Shown here: positions 12,500 to 23,928 of the stretch, one piece after another
How positions within the stretch are numbered: position 1 is the stretch's first letter
Layout: every line of letters begins with the position of its first letter
Assembly (NCBI GenBank): GCA_900617105.1
Contig: UYFQ01000841.1
Location: 1-55,846 of the forward strand
DNA from: Hydrurus foetidus
Taxonomy: Eukaryota
Direction: 5' to 3'
Length of the DNA: 55,846 nt
Program-made: the position numbers and the translations under genes
Notes under the pieces: model-generated
What the model was told of the DNA's origin: nothing
Databases searched by the model: none
Seen by the model: the letters and a program-made list of their open reading frames with translations, nothing else

Positions 12500-14581
12500 G
12501 TTAAATGATGGCGACTGGACAAATAGTTCGCCGATGGTTCTTAAGGAGGTCCTGGCCTACGTTTCTTCTTCTGTGAGCAAGAGAACGCGTCCAGAGACTC
12601 TTCCTGTCTTAGCTAGCACACTACTGTAGTTAATAGTGCCACTTGGCAACACGATCAATGACAGCCATACTTTCGCAGAAAATAAGAGTTCTAATGAGAT
12701 TCCATGGAACTTTTTTTCCATTTTATTCGATCGAACGTTTACTTAGCTGGAAAATAGTCAAGAGAACCTAATTCTGAAATGTACAGGTCAATTTGCTCTT
12801 GTCCTCGCTTCTATATGAGCCCAGGCATGACAGAAATTGTTGTGCAACGGAACACTTCGCTGATATTTTGCGGTACTTCGAGACAACTTCTTTTCGAGAG
12901 TTCCGCCATTCCTGTGGGCAAATAGTTGTGAGGAGAGGAGACTGGTCAAGAGAGCCCAAAGCAGTCAGAGAGAGGTAGGTGGAAATCAGGGCAGCATCAA
13001 ATACTAAGCGCATTATGGTGTACCTGTTGCCTTGCATGCTCCTTCCGTCCCTGTCTCAGTCCCTCTCACGGCCAGCAGCTTGGGGTGCAGGGAATGCGAG
13101 GAGAAAAGTGGAGCGAAGATGAAAAGTGAAGAAATTAATATGGAGGAAGAAGAGATTGAAGTGAGGTTAGGTGGGTAGATAGTGCAGCATTCGGTACTGC
13201 GCATCATCATGAAGAATTGATCGGGTTTCCCTTCCCGTTCATCGGTCTGTACTACCCAACTCACATCTCTTCACGTCTCATGGCACCATCTCACATCTCA
13301 TAACACTATCCCATATCACATCACGTCCCTCCTTATCGTACCATACCGCACAAAGCATCTTGCTGGTGCTAGTAATAGATGCAGAGCGTTCAGCTCTTCA
13401 TGCTCACCTGCTTTCTCTCTCCCTCTCTATATCTCTCTCCCTCCCTCTTTATCTCTCCCTCATCAGCAGCGGTACCGACTCTTCGCTCTGTTGATTTTGG
13501 CTCTGGTCCTGCCTCCGATTCTCATTCTCATTATTGCAGTTACAGTACTTCTTCTGTTCCAGTGCACACGGAATGCACCGTAGGTAGCGGTGAAGAGGAG
13601 GAAGAAGGAGATAATGATGAAGGAAGGGAAGAGGAGGGGGATTCCTGTGGGAAAGAAGAGGTAAGGAGAGGTGTGAGCACATGAAGATTGTGGAAGAGAG
13701 AATGACCACTGTATGCGAGCATGAATGGATATAAATAAATGAATAAATAGATACATGCATGACCGAAGGAGGGCGAGAAAGAGAGATGAGAGATGAAATA
13801 ACATCTCGTCAGTGCCGAAAAAATCTACGTGTCAACCTATCAATGAATGCATCAATCTTTCTATCTTTGTGACTGTCAATAAATATGAGCTACCTTATAT
13901 TTTCTACCTTCTGTTCAGTCACCTTCTCAGGTGCCTACTAGACTCATTGAAAAGGCGTTACGAAGAGAAAGAGAGAGCCATGTATCAGGGTGCACGACCA
14001 AGTCTGCTCTGCTCTCGTCTGATCAGATCTGATCTATGAGAGCAGGAAACTCATAGCGGCATACGGGTCCGCATTGGTGATATCGAGATGAGGAAAGCAG
14101 AGTTGAGCTGAGTTGAGTCGAGTTGAGCAGTGATATCAATTCAGATCAACGCATTTCAGTCGAGATTATTCAATTTAATTTGAGTTGACTTCACTTGAGT
14201 AGTGTTAAAGTATGGATTGTCCGATTAAATTGCGTGATTTGGATAAGAGGGGGAGGGGAGAGTAGGGCGAGGGTGAGGGTGAGAGTTAGGTCCTAGCAGC
14301 TTCGCTTCCTCCTGATATGCGCTTATATTATTGTGGGAGGGTGTTGGAGTATCCGGAGAAAAGACACTGCTGTAGTTGTACAGGCTGGTGACGCCTATTG
14401 TTGGAGTTTCATTAGAGTGTTTGCGCAAACGGAAATATCCGGCTGGAACCCCAGGGTTCGGAGATTTACCCCCCTCTTCCGTCAAATCTCCGACAATTTT
14501 CTCCGAGATTTGACGAGTCTCGGAGATTTGATCTCGGATATATCCGAGATATTTTCGAGATCTCAAGAGTCAGAAATTGCG

Positions 14582-15367
14582 ATGGTAAATACAGTTTGGA
14601 CCAAGGAGGCCAATGAGTTCTTAATAAGTGAGGTCGCTATCGGCCATCCAGTGCGAATTTGCAACTATGCAAAGATCGGCCACGGCCAGAAGAATACCTT
14701 CTGGAATGGAGTCGCTGCAGCCCTGAAAGAGAGGACGGAAACTTTCCTTGGTAATTCATTTCCAAGTGGCAAGACATGCAACATTCAATTCGACAAACTG
14801 CTCACAATTCAGAAAGGCAACAAGAAGAACCACAAGTGGAAATCTGGAGGCACTGAAGACGTCGGTGAGATTGCATCGGGCTTGGAAGAGATATTAGCCG
14901 AAATGGAGGAGGAAGCTGATCATGCCGATCTGGATCGTGAAGCGAAGGAAGGAGTGGTAGCCCTATCCGCCGCACAAGATTTGGAATTGTCGAAGGGAAG
15001 AGTCACCCCCAAGGCTAACAAGAAGCTGGTCATCCGCGCCACTCCTGATGGAGAACCAGTCAAGCAGAAAGACACGCTGGACTCCATGCTGATCAAGGTC
15101 CTCGCAAAGAAAGCTGACGAAGACAATTCCGTCGATAGGGACAGAAAGCATAGCCTAGAGGATCGGAGGATGCTGCTCCAAGAGGAGGAATTCCAGGAGT
15201 CCAAGAGAGTCCGCACTGAAGCTGCTGAAGAGGCCCGTGAAATTCGTCGCGAAGCAGCTGAAGAGGCCCGTCTGATTCGCCAAGAAGCTCGAGACGATGC
15301 CCTCAGAAGAGACGAAATGTCGAACGCTATTCTGAAAATTGCCATGGAGTCTATTGCAAAGAAGTAA
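14582..15367 (+). CDS. Myb/SANT-like DNA-binding protein of Harbinger element 1
   Basis: WTKEANEFLI...FWNGVAAALK...GKTCNIQFDKLL trihelix pattern, then acidic and coiled-coil tail. Start placed at the first in-frame ATG inside the element (MVNTVW). Confidence 0.75.
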   Translation: MVNTVWTKEANEFLISEVAIGHPVRICNYAKIGHGQKNTFWNGVAAALKERTETFLGNSFPSGKTCNIQFDKLLTIQKGNKKNHKWKSGGTEDVGEIASGLEEILAEMEEEADHADLDREAKEGVVALSAAQDLELSKGRVTPKANKKLVIRATPDGEPVKQKDTLDSMLIKVLAKKADEDNSVDRDRKHSLEDRRMLLQEEEFQESKRVRTEAAEEAREIRREAAEEARLIRQEARDDALRRDEMSNAILKIAMESIAKK

Positions 15368-15428
15368 GCTTATCTTATGTTGATAAATTGATCTCTCTTA
15401 ATTAAATCAAAGAGTTTCAAAAATTTAT

Positions 15429-16256
15429 TCAATTTACTAAAGCAATGTCATCAGTAACTGGAAATAAATTCGATGATGCTGAAATGAACAGCCTCGAGTT
15501 CTCCTCTGTGTATCCGTCGCCAGCATGAGGCATATCACCTCTAAAGAATATCATAGAATGTAGAGGAATGCTTACTGTCTTGGAACCTCTGCCAACAAGC
15601 AGCGTCGTGTCTTCTTCTAAGCTAATCAGGGCAGAGTAATGAAAAGCAGACAGCGATTCAATCGGTGTTGCCTTGTCTGGCACATAGTCTGTGTGAGAGT
15701 CCTGTGCTTTGTCGCCAGCTTTGGAGTTCAGGAGTTTTACAGTAATGTTGCTACATCCGCTAAATACAAATCTGATGGCCTCCAAGACATCAGATAAATG
15801 TACAGAGGGATCCTCAAGAGCATGCATTGTTCGTAGGAATGGAGGAGTCCTGTTGGAGAAGTTGATTGGCTCAGCTATACCAGTCAACTTAAAGTCCTCA
15901 GGCTTCAAGGTACTCGCAACTGCATTAGCCACTATAACATATTGTCTGCTATCCTTCATTCTGTTCAGAACAGTCGCCATTCTTTTGACGTTCTCGTTCT
16001 CGATGGCCTCTATGGCATCTTGTCTCCCTCCTCGGGATTTTTGCTGCCGCTTGTTCGCTTCAAGAGTCTCCCTGGCTCTTGCTGTGAGTGCATCTCTCTT
16101 AGAGCTGGACTCAACCTTCCTCTTCAACTTTTTTCTTGACTTTCTCGCAGCTTGATTAAGATGTTTCTTGCATTTTGAAGTAACTCTACCACCATCTGGT
16201 CCGCAGCATTCCGTCAGACAAACTATGTTACCGAATTTGTAATTACAGATGGTCAT
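15429..16256 (-). CDS. 2-oxoglutarate/Fe(II)-dependent dioxygenase-like protein (transposon cargo), 275 aa
   Basis: HxD (QDSHTDY), distal His (FRGDMPHAGDGY) and Arg (NSRLF) in a beta-strand-rich domain. N-terminal Cys/His cluster followed by a basic helix. Intact ATG-to-stop ORF. Confidence 0.8.
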   Translation of the reverse strand: MTICNYKFGNIVCLTECCGPDGGRVTSKCKKHLNQAARKSRKKLKRKVESSSKRDALTARARETLEANKRQQKSRGGRQDAIEAIENENVKRMATVLNRMKDSRQYVIVANAVASTLKPEDFKLTGIAEPINFSNRTPPFLRTMHALEDPSVHLSDVLEAIRFVFSGCSNITVKLLNSKAGDKAQDSHTDYVPDKATPIESLSAFHYSALISLEEDTTLLVGRGSKTVSIPLHSMIFFRGDMPHAGDGYTEENSRLFISASSNLFPVTDDIALVN

Positions 16257-16564
16257 GCTGATTTGATTTAATTGTGATTAGTCCATGTAACAGCTTAAAT
16301 AAAATGGTAAATTTAACGTAACCGTTTTTCAAAAATTGGTGTCTGTCACAGCAGTTTTTGACGTCGATTCTACAAAAATGGACACCGAAAACAAAGATTT
16401 AAACTCTGTGCTTTTGCAAATGTTCCTAAAGTTTGCGGATTGAAATGGCCCAATTTCAAAATTTTAAATTTTTGATAATTTATAATACGAAATTTTCTTT
16501 TTCAATTATTTGGGGTACATTTACACGAAGAAGAAAAAATGAAAATCACAAAATTGAATTAAAT

Positions 16565-17962
16565 TTAAACAACTGGAGATAAATATTCTTCTAGCGTTGG
16601 TGGAGCGCACTCAAAAAATTGTGACGTTTGCCCGCCATACAAACAAGTGTGACAATTAGTGAGGAACGCCATAACAGTATAATACGAAGCAATTGGCGAA
16701 GAGAACATTTGAAGGTTTTTTGAGAAGTCTAAAAATGCCCAAAGATTCACAATTTTACCGAATCCCCACTCAACGCATTCTCTAACTTTTGACATTCTTC
16801 TACTATTTTCTAATGCGACTAAATTTAAGGGATTCGGTACTTTCGCTCTCTTCGCACCTCTTGTGATAAAACGGAGTTTGGGGTAAGCTGAATCACCATA
16901 GCACAAATAATCCACTGGAAAATCAGAAAGCAAAGCAGTCAATCTATCATGTAACCCACTCTTTCTCAGTAAGTATGAGTCATGACGGCGGCAAGAGACA
17001 GGGCCATAGAGATCTCCAATCATACCTGAAAGAGAGAATTATATTTAGAACCACTTCAAATTGTTATCCATTTAAAACCATGCAAAATGGATAATCTTAC
17101 CGTTAGGATACATTAAGGATTGCATCTTAAAACCATGCTTCCTGTAGTATCCAGAATAATACGTTTTTTGAATATCTTCAACTCTTCCTGCACCATCACT
17201 GGGACGGCATATTGACTTCTGAGTACCGTCTAAGAAAGAATTTACGTTTGCAAACTCAAGAGGAACATTAGTTTTCGTTGCAACAACAGTCGCGAAAGTT
17301 TCCTGGTAGGGCATCCAGAAGCGTAAGTTGTTGTTGATGCGAAAGCCGTGATTGGCGAGCAACCAATTTACAGTCAAGCTTAAAGATCGGCTCAAAGATG
17401 TGTGCTCTTTCCCGAACTCGATCTCAAGGTCGTGAAGCCTCCCTGGATAAGCCATCCGCCTCAGCAAGAGTATGATGGAGAATTCCTTCGAATAACGATG
17501 ACGTGAGGGAGAAAATAGAAACGGCGGCATCGCAAGCTGATCAATGAGTCTAACTAAATCAGGTTTGCGAAAGCGTAGCAAGGACCAGGATTGCTCATCC
17601 GAATAAGTGGCAGCTGTAATCTCTTTTTTCACAAGCTTGGTTATTGTGATATTCATAGGTTGATCAATAGAAATGACTTTCTCCAACAGAGCATAGCTAA
17701 CTAATTCTAATGTATTATCTTTTGGATCACTCTGATTCTCGTGATCATCAATTTCCTCCTCTTTGTCACTGTCATCACTAGCAGCAGACTCATAACCATC
17801 ATCGAGTAGACCTGTCATGATCATAGCAGATACTTGCAGATACTTCTTTTGCCGCAAAGTTTCTTCAACAGAGATACCGGCAGAACGACGTTTCAGAGAC
17901 AAAGAGCCAATCGGAGCTCGATCCACTTGGACGGTCTCAAACTCGTCTTCCATAGTTTGCAT
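16565..17962 (-). CDS. Harbinger DDE transposase, 2 exons (17962-17101, 17025-16565)
   Basis: FLDGTQ, YSGYYRKHGFKMQ, YGDSAY, RECVEWGFG. GT-AG intron 17100-17026 restores PNG|MIGDLYGP. Start codon uncertain; the frame is open to 18037. Confidence 0.92.
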
Positions 17963-18576
17963 AAGTTCTGATGCATCTTGCAACGCATCTGAGCGGGAAG
18001 ACTGCTCCACTTCATAGTAGAAAATTTGAATTTTCAAAAAAAAAAGACTTCGAACTCTTCATTCCAGATATATCAAATGTCCGAAAGCGCAAGATGATTT
18101 TTCCAAATGACTGAAACGGCTTTTACCCCCAGAAATCTCGGAAAAGTCTAAAAGACAGAATTCCAAATATCCGGGATATTTCCGTTTGCGCAAACACTCT
18201 ATTGTGTGGTGAACCGTTTATTGTAGAATGTAGGACCGTTCGGTTGTCGTACGTATGTGTGTGTGTGTGTACTATACGAAGTGTTGTACGTTACAGCGCG
18301 CATGAAAACTGTTTCATGCGTGCAACACCACTAGTATAGTCATGTTCTGTTTTATTCTTCTAGAGTAGCGTTGTGAGTCGGAATGTAAACTTCGTGGCTA
18401 GGTCGAACAGGGACGACAGACACAAGTTAAATTATCAGTTGATTGAACACACTGCGGTCTTTCATTTCACGGGATTTGCTGAGTTCTCGTACCGTTCGCA
18501 CAGAACCTCGAGTGGTCCACGCGTGCTGCGAAGTACGGAAATTCGCAACATAATTTAAACATCTGGGCATTCGAGA

Positions 18577-21500
18577 ATGCCTCCAAAGAAAGCTGCTGTG
18601 GCGGCTGTGAAATCCGACTCGAGATGCATTCTCCAGTTCGGTCGAGAAAACAACGCCATTGAGTGGCGCGAGGCCATGTACAACATCGCCACAGGCCTGT
18701 ACGGCACTACGGGAATGTTCTTTCACCTCAATAGGTCTTACAAGTTCCCTCCGATCCAACAGCGGGATTACCACCCGAATTTCGTCAACCAACCCGCCAA
18801 TGCAGAAGGTGCTGCAGCAGGAGGCGACGATGACGACGATGGGAACGAAACTGACGACAGTGACGCCGAGACCATACAAGGCGAGGATGAACCCGAAGCT
18901 GAGCCCGAAGTGTTCACTGAGCAATTTATTAATAAGCTCAGAACAGGAGCATATGATCGCCGTCTGAAGGCTATGGAACAGCAGAGACTGGATGAGGGCA
19001 AAATGTGGGCCCTCATGTGGGACCTAATGTCACAAGCGTCTCAGAGCAAGGTCAGGGAAGACCCACGGTTCGAAGCTGCCAGACTGTCACTTGACAGTAT
19101 CCGGTTATGGAGAATTATCCGGAGATCTCACCTCACTCACATGTTCGGAGATCACGACAACATGACGTCTGTCAACCTACACGATCAACAGTTGCGTTAC
19201 AACGCACTCCGTCAGGGTGACCGAGAGCCCATCGCAGAATTCAAAACGAGATTTGATAATCAGCTTAAGGCAAACAGTGGAGTGGGCATGACTGACATTG
19301 GCGAGTCACTGCGTGCACTGGACTTCATCAGCAAGTTGGACACAAAAAGGTACAGTGGCATGCTTACTGTAATGCGTAACAATGCATGCCAGAACATACC
19401 AGGTGCCTATCCGGACACACTAGCGAGTGCCTTCCGCACCGCATCCACCTGGATCCGTGACGGAGCACTAGTACCCCTTGGGAGCAACCACCAACACCAC
19501 TCGGCATACCTAGCCGATGCCGTACACGTAACAAAGGCTAAGGATCCTGAAAAAGGGAAGACCCCCTCGTCAAAGAAGGACAAGGCTCCGTTGGAAAACA
19601 GAAAAAGGTCGTCACTCGAATCCATTCTCTGTTACGTCTGCGGCAAGATGGGCCACTATGCACGAGATTGCGACGAGAGGAAAGGAGATATAGCACTCTA
19701 CACTGCAACAGAAGATATCGACGTCGATGACGAAGACCACGGTGAATACGCGTTCATCACAGTGGATGAGTTGGTTCTGTTCTCGCGGTCACATGTGCTA
19801 CTTGACAATCAAGCCTCTGTGAGCATCTTCAGCAATCGGGATCTCCTTACTAACGTTAAGCGGTCGGAGAACCAAATTGTCTTGAACGGAGTGCAGTCCG
19901 ATGCTAAGGGAGTGCGAGTCAGTGAAGAAGGACATTTCAACGAGATGGGAAACGTGTACTACAGCGAGAAAGCAACTGCCAATATCCTGTCGTTCGCAGC
20001 CATGGTCGACGGGGGTGCTCAGATTCGATACAATCAACGCGAGAGTCGGTTTACCTTACAGCCCAAAGGAAGCAACATGATATACAGTTTTTGCAGACGA
20101 AGCATTCCAGGCAGTGAAGGTCGATTCTACGTATGTGACGTGAGATCTATGGTATCTAATCGTGCTACTAGTCATCCGGTGATCGAGCATGCTATGGTTC
20201 AGACCGTCTCGGACAACTTGAAGCTCTACACGAAGCGCGAAGTGGCGTCAGCGAAGAATGCTCGAGAGCTACTCGCTCGGATGGGATATCCGTCGGTGGA
20301 GGAAGCTATCGCTATGCTCAGAGATGGCAACGACTTCAATGTCACCGAGTACGACTTCCGTGTTGCTGACTCTATCTGGGGTAAAGACATTGCATCTATC
20401 AAGGGGAAAACAACGAAGCAGAAGTCACCAGCACCGAGTCTTGTCTTGACACCGTCAATCGTGCAGCAGCAGCAGATCCTCTCAATCGACATCATGTTTG
20501 TCGAACAGGTGGCGTTACTTGTTGCTGTATCTCATCCACTTGATCTCACACTTGGTGTTATAATGGAATCTGCAGATACCGGCAAACCCTCAAGAACTGC
20601 AGAGTCAGTGAAGAGGTGTCTGGATACTATACTATCAACCTTGAGGTCTCGGAACTTCATCGTGTCAGTCATCATGTCAGATGGTGAGGGAGCTGTCGGG
20701 AAATTGATTCCATACTTGGAGAAGTTTGCAATAGAAGTCAACATCAGCGGTGCTGGAGGTCATATTGCAAGAATCGAGCGGCGCATTCGAATGATCAAGG
20801 AGAGAATACGATCTCACATCTGTGGACGTTTGCCATTTGCACTCACTATCAACGGTCTGTCCATGCTTGCATTATATTGCATCTCCCGCATCAACTATCA
20901 ACACTCTGGAACTCGTCCTGGAGGGGTCACTCCAAGAGAAGCGTTCTCAGGACAGCGGGTTGCGGGGAACAGGGACTTCAGGGTGGCCTTTGGGGATTAT
21001 TGTCAATGTACAGTTGCGAATACCGACCGTTCCATGAGTCCACGTACTGACGATTGTATAGTGTACCTGCCAACGGGTAATCGCACTGGATCCGTTAAAA
21101 TGCTGTCAATTGCAACCAACAAGATCATCTTGAGAGACAACTTTAAGGTTCTGCCTATGCCAGCATCAGCGATAATGCAGCTCAACGCACTTGCAGCAAA
21201 GGACGGTCGATACCTTACTAAGATTCCGAACGTCTACAACGAGATACAGTACATGCACAGTGTGGATAAGTCGCAGATGCCGAGATTCATACCTATCCTA
21301 CCACCTAATGCAGAAGAGAGAATTCGAGCAGAGGCTCGCATAGTACCAGTCAACATGACGATGCATCAGCTGGTCCTGGCCGACACTCCACCAGTGGAGA
21401 TCGTCAACGATATCATCCCTCCGGAGATAGGGGGTGTAACAACATTAACAGAAAATATTTTGGAGCTACATCCGGAGGGATATGACCGAACAAGTCCAAC

Positions 21501-23463
21501 GGACTCACACGATGCAGAGCAAGGCATCGATCAGCATAACGCTGACACACCAATCGACATCACGTCACCCGATTTGGTCGGAGAACACTCCCCTTCCCCA
21601 TCCCTTCCTTCCCCCACTCCCACTACTGTCAACACCATTACAGAAGAGCACGTAGAGCGTAACTCACAGGAGAAAGTGATAGATTACTTCAGGACAGGAA
21701 ATGGCATACTGAAGAGACCGTCCGAGCAGGGAGCAACTTTCGTAACGTTCAACACACCGTTAGTGACTACACCGACTCAACGAGTGTCATGCACAGAGTC
21801 TATCACAGCGGTTCTTGCAAAGCGCAAGAGTGAACTACACGTAGAGCCTAGTGCCAATGTGAGTGTGAGAGAGGCGCTCAGGACTAGGGGTGACGACGCG
21901 AGGTTAGTCATCAACAAAGAGCTACAACAAATGATCAACAAGAAGGTGTGGGCGCCTGTCCTGTACAACAGACTCACAGCTGGTGAGCGTGCGGGTATCA
22001 TTCGATCGTCAATGTTCCTTAAGAGGAAGACTCATCCGGACGGGAGGTTCGACAAGTACAAAGCGAGACTGGTTGCAGGAGGCGACCAGCAGGACAAGAA
22101 TCTATACGACGACTTGTCCTCCCCAACAGTGTCGACGAGTGCAGTGTTTACAATCGCAGCGGTGTGCGCACACGAGCATAGGCATGCAGCAGTGGTTGAT
22201 ATTGGGGGTGCATTCCTGAATGCGAGCATGACTACTGGAGTGCCAGTTTACATGCGTCTTGATAAGACCATATCAGACTTCCTGATTGCACTTGATGGTG
22301 CATACAGCGGATTCACAGACGACAAAGGGAGGATTGTAGTGCTGCTCAAGAAGGCGCTGTACGGGTGCGTAGAGAGTGCTGCACTGTGGTACGGTAACCT
22401 GAGTAAGAGTATGACATCACTGGGATACAAGTGCAACGACAGTGACATATGTGTGTTCAACCGCACGGACAGTGGGGGTGTGCAGTGCACAGCAACAGTC
22501 CACGTTGATGATCTCTTCATCACGAGCAAGAGCAAAGCCATGATCTCTGAGCTCACCGAGGGTCTCAAAGCTAGGTATGGGGAAATCACTCTTGCGCACG
22601 GTCCACTAATCAATTACCTCGGCATGGCATTCGATTTCTCTCACACAGGCGAGGCGCGCGTGAGCATGTCGGGGTACATTGACGAGATGCTCGATTCGTC
22701 CGGGGTGCAGGGTATCGCGAAGACTCCTGCCACTGATGGGCTGTTCGAGACCAGACCTGATGCAGTCATGGTGACTGAGGGAGTGCGTGTGTGGTTCCAC
22801 CGAGTCACCGCGCAGCTAGTGTACCTGTCCAAGCGAGTCAAGCCCGAATGCCTGACTGCCGTTGCATACCTCGCCACCAGGGTTACTCGCTGCAGTGAAG
22901 ACGACGTTGACAAGCTGCATCGCCTCGTGAGGTACATACGCTGGTCTCGCGATACGGGACTAGTCTTCAGACCTGGGAGCAGTGGGATATCAGTGCGGCT
23001 ATTCGTGGACGCGTCGTACGGGGTGCACGCTGACGGGAAGTCCCACACTGGCAGCTGCGTCGTGATCGGGGATATTGGTGCAGTGCACTGCAGGTCCACG
23101 AAGCAGGGGATCGTGTCCAAGTCGAGTACCGAGGCGGAGCTCATCGGTCTATCGGACTCGGCCAATCAGGGGATATACACTAGGATGTTCCTTGTGAATC
23201 AGGGATACACTATGGGGCCGGTGATCGTGTACCAGGATAACATGTCCTGCATGGCTCTTATCGACCGAGGGAGGTCCGGTGCAGAGAAGACCAGGCACAT
23301 CGGGATCCGCTACTTTTGGGTGAAGGAGCGAGTGAGCACAGGGGAGGTCATACTGGTGCACAAGGGGACCAAGGAGATGTATGCGAACATCCTCACCAAG
23401 CCACTGCAAGGGGCGCAGTTCACTTACGAGAGAGAATGTCTTACGGGATGGCCCAAGGCATAA
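18577..23463 (+). CDS. Copia Gag-Pol polyprotein (Gag-PR-IN-RT-RH), 1628 aa
   Basis: CYVCGKMGHYARDC; LLDNQAS; integrase IDIMF/SDGEG/IERRIR; RT KARLVAGG, DIGGAFL, VHVDD; RNase H VDASY, SSTEAE, QDNMS. IN-before-RT order. Confidence 0.97.
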   Translation: MPPKKAAVAAVKSDSRCILQFGRENNAIEWREAMYNIATGLYGTTGMFFHLNRSYKFPPIQQRDYHPNFVNQPANAEGAAAGGDDDDDGNETDDSDAETIQGEDEPEAEPEVFTEQFINKLRTGAYDRRLKAMEQQRLDEGKMWALMWDLMSQASQSKVREDPRFEAARLSLDSIRLWRIIRRSHLTHMFGDHDNMTSVNLHDQQLRYNALRQGDREPIAEFKTRFDNQLKANSGVGMTDIGESLRALDFISKLDTKRYSGMLTVMRNNACQNIPGAYPDTLASAFRTASTWIRDGALVPLGSNHQHHSAYLADAVHVTKAKDPEKGKTPSSKKDKAPLENRKRSSLESILCYVCGKMGHYARDCDERKGDIALYTATEDIDVDDEDHGEYAFITVDELVLFSRSHVLLDNQASVSIFSNRDLLTNVKRSENQIVLNGVQSDAKGVRVSEEGHFNEMGNVYYSEKATANILSFAAMVDGGAQIRYNQRESRFTLQPKGSNMIYSFCRRSIPGSEGRFYVCDVRSMVSNRATSHPVIEHAMVQTVSDNLKLYTKREVASAKNARELLARMGYPSVEEAIAMLRDGNDFNVTEYDFRVADSIWGKDIASIKGKTTKQKSPAPSLVLTPSIVQQQQILSIDIMFVEQVALLVAVSHPLDLTLGVIMESADTGKPSRTAESVKRCLDTILSTLRSRNFIVSVIMSDGEGAVGKLIPYLEKFAIEVNISGAGGHIARIERRIRMIKERIRSHICGRLPFALTINGLSMLALYCISRINYQHSGTRPGGVTPREAFSGQRVAGNRDFRVAFGDYCQCTVANTDRSMSPRTDDCIVYLPTGNRTGSVKMLSIATNKIILRDNFKVLPMPASAIMQLNALAAKDGRYLTKIPNVYNEIQYMHSVDKSQMPRFIPILPPNAEERIRAEARIVPVNMTMHQLVLADTPPVEIVNDIIPPEIGGVTTLTENILELHPEGYDRTSPTDSHDAEQGIDQHNADTPIDITSPDLVGEHSPSPSLPSPTPTTVNTITEEHVERNSQEKVIDYFRTGNGILKRPSEQGATFVTFNTPLVTTPTQRVSCTESITAVLAKRKSELHVEPSANVSVREALRTRGDDARLVINKELQQMINKKVWAPVLYNRLTAGERAGIIRSSMFLKRKTHPDGRFDKYKARLVAGGDQQDKNLYDDLSSPTVSTSAVFTIAAVCAHEHRHAAVVDIGGAFLNASMTTGVPVYMRLDKTISDFLIALDGAYSGFTDDKGRIVVLLKKALYGCVESAALWYGNLSKSMTSLGYKCNDSDICVFNRTDSGGVQCTATVHVDDLFITSKSKAMISELTEGLKARYGEITLAHGPLINYLGMAFDFSHTGEARVSMSGYIDEMLDSSGVQGIAKTPATDGLFETRPDAVMVTEGVRVWFHRVTAQLVYLSKRVKPECLTAVAYLATRVTRCSEDDVDKLHRLVRYIRWSRDTGLVFRPGSSGISVRLFVDASYGVHADGKSHTGSCVVIGDIGAVHCRSTKQGIVSKSSTEAELIGLSDSANQGIYTRMFLVNQGYTMGPVIVYQDNMSCMALIDRGRSGAEKTRHIGIRYFWVKERVSTGEVILVHKGTKEMYANILTKPLQGAQFTYERECLTGWPKA

Positions 23464-23566
23464 GAGATACTGTTATGTTTGTTTAGCTTAGTTACAATCA
23501 TGTTTTGTTTTATGTCATTCTTATACGACTATGTCATTGTTTCAACCGACCTCCATCCTAGGGGTG

Positions 23567-23928
23567 TGTTGGAGTTTCATTGTGTGGTGAACCGTTTATT
23601 GTAGAATGTAGGACCGTTCGGTTGTCGTACGTATGTGTGTGTGTGTGTACTATACGAAGTGTTGTACGTTACAGCGCGCATGAAAACTGTTTCATGCGTG
23701 CAACACCACTAGTATAGTCATGTTCTGTTTTATTCTTCTAGAGTAGCGTTGTGAGTCGGAATGTAAACTTCGTGGCTAGGTCGAACAGGGACGACAGACA
23801 CAAGTTAAATTATCAGTTGATTGAACACACTGCGGTCTTTCATTACACGGGATTTGCTGAGTTCTCGTACCGTTCGCACAGAACCTCGAGTGGTCCACGC
23901 GTGCTGCGAAGTACGGAAATTCGCAACA
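23567..23928 (+). repeat. Copia 3' LTR
   Basis: 362 bp, TGTTGG...GCAACA, preceded by a short purine tract AGGGG. Confidence 0.96.

Larger units (their letters stand above)
14414..18200 (-). mobile_element. PIF/Harbinger-class (Pangu-like) DNA transposon 1, three genes
   Basis: Perfect 27-bp TIR AGAGTGTTTGCGCAAACGGAAATATCC. 3-bp TSD ATT (14411-13, 18201-03). Encodes a HARBI1-type transposase and a Myb/SANT-like gene. Confidence 0.95.
14399..18550 (+). repeat. Copia 5' LTR (14399-14413 plus 18204-18550), split by the Harbinger-class insertion
   Basis: TGTTGGAGTTTCATT | GTGTGGTGAACCG...ATTCGCAACA reconstructs the 3' LTR. Confidence 0.95.
14399..23928 (+). mobile_element. Full-length Ty1/copia LTR retrotransposon
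   Basis: TG..CA ends, 5-bp TSD CCTAT (14394-98 and 23929-33), two 362-bp LTRs with one substitution seen, intact polyprotein. Confidence 0.96.

Noticed and set aside
12768..14100. Short ORFs and possible exon fragments
   Set aside because: Low-complexity purine/pyrimidine tracts with no recognisable domain or consistent gene model.
14247..14290. G-rich tract as G-quadruplex or telomere-like repeat
   Set aside because: G4-compatible but irregular, with no true telomeric array and nothing supporting a function.
14333..14581. N-terminal extension of the 344-aa ORF
   Set aside because: It crosses several element junctions and the TIR, so it is a chance open frame. The real start is probably 14582.
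18298..18323. Hairpin CGCATGAAA-actg-TTTCATGCG in the Copia LTR
   Set aside because: Real, but short hairpins are common in LTRs and there is no comparative support.
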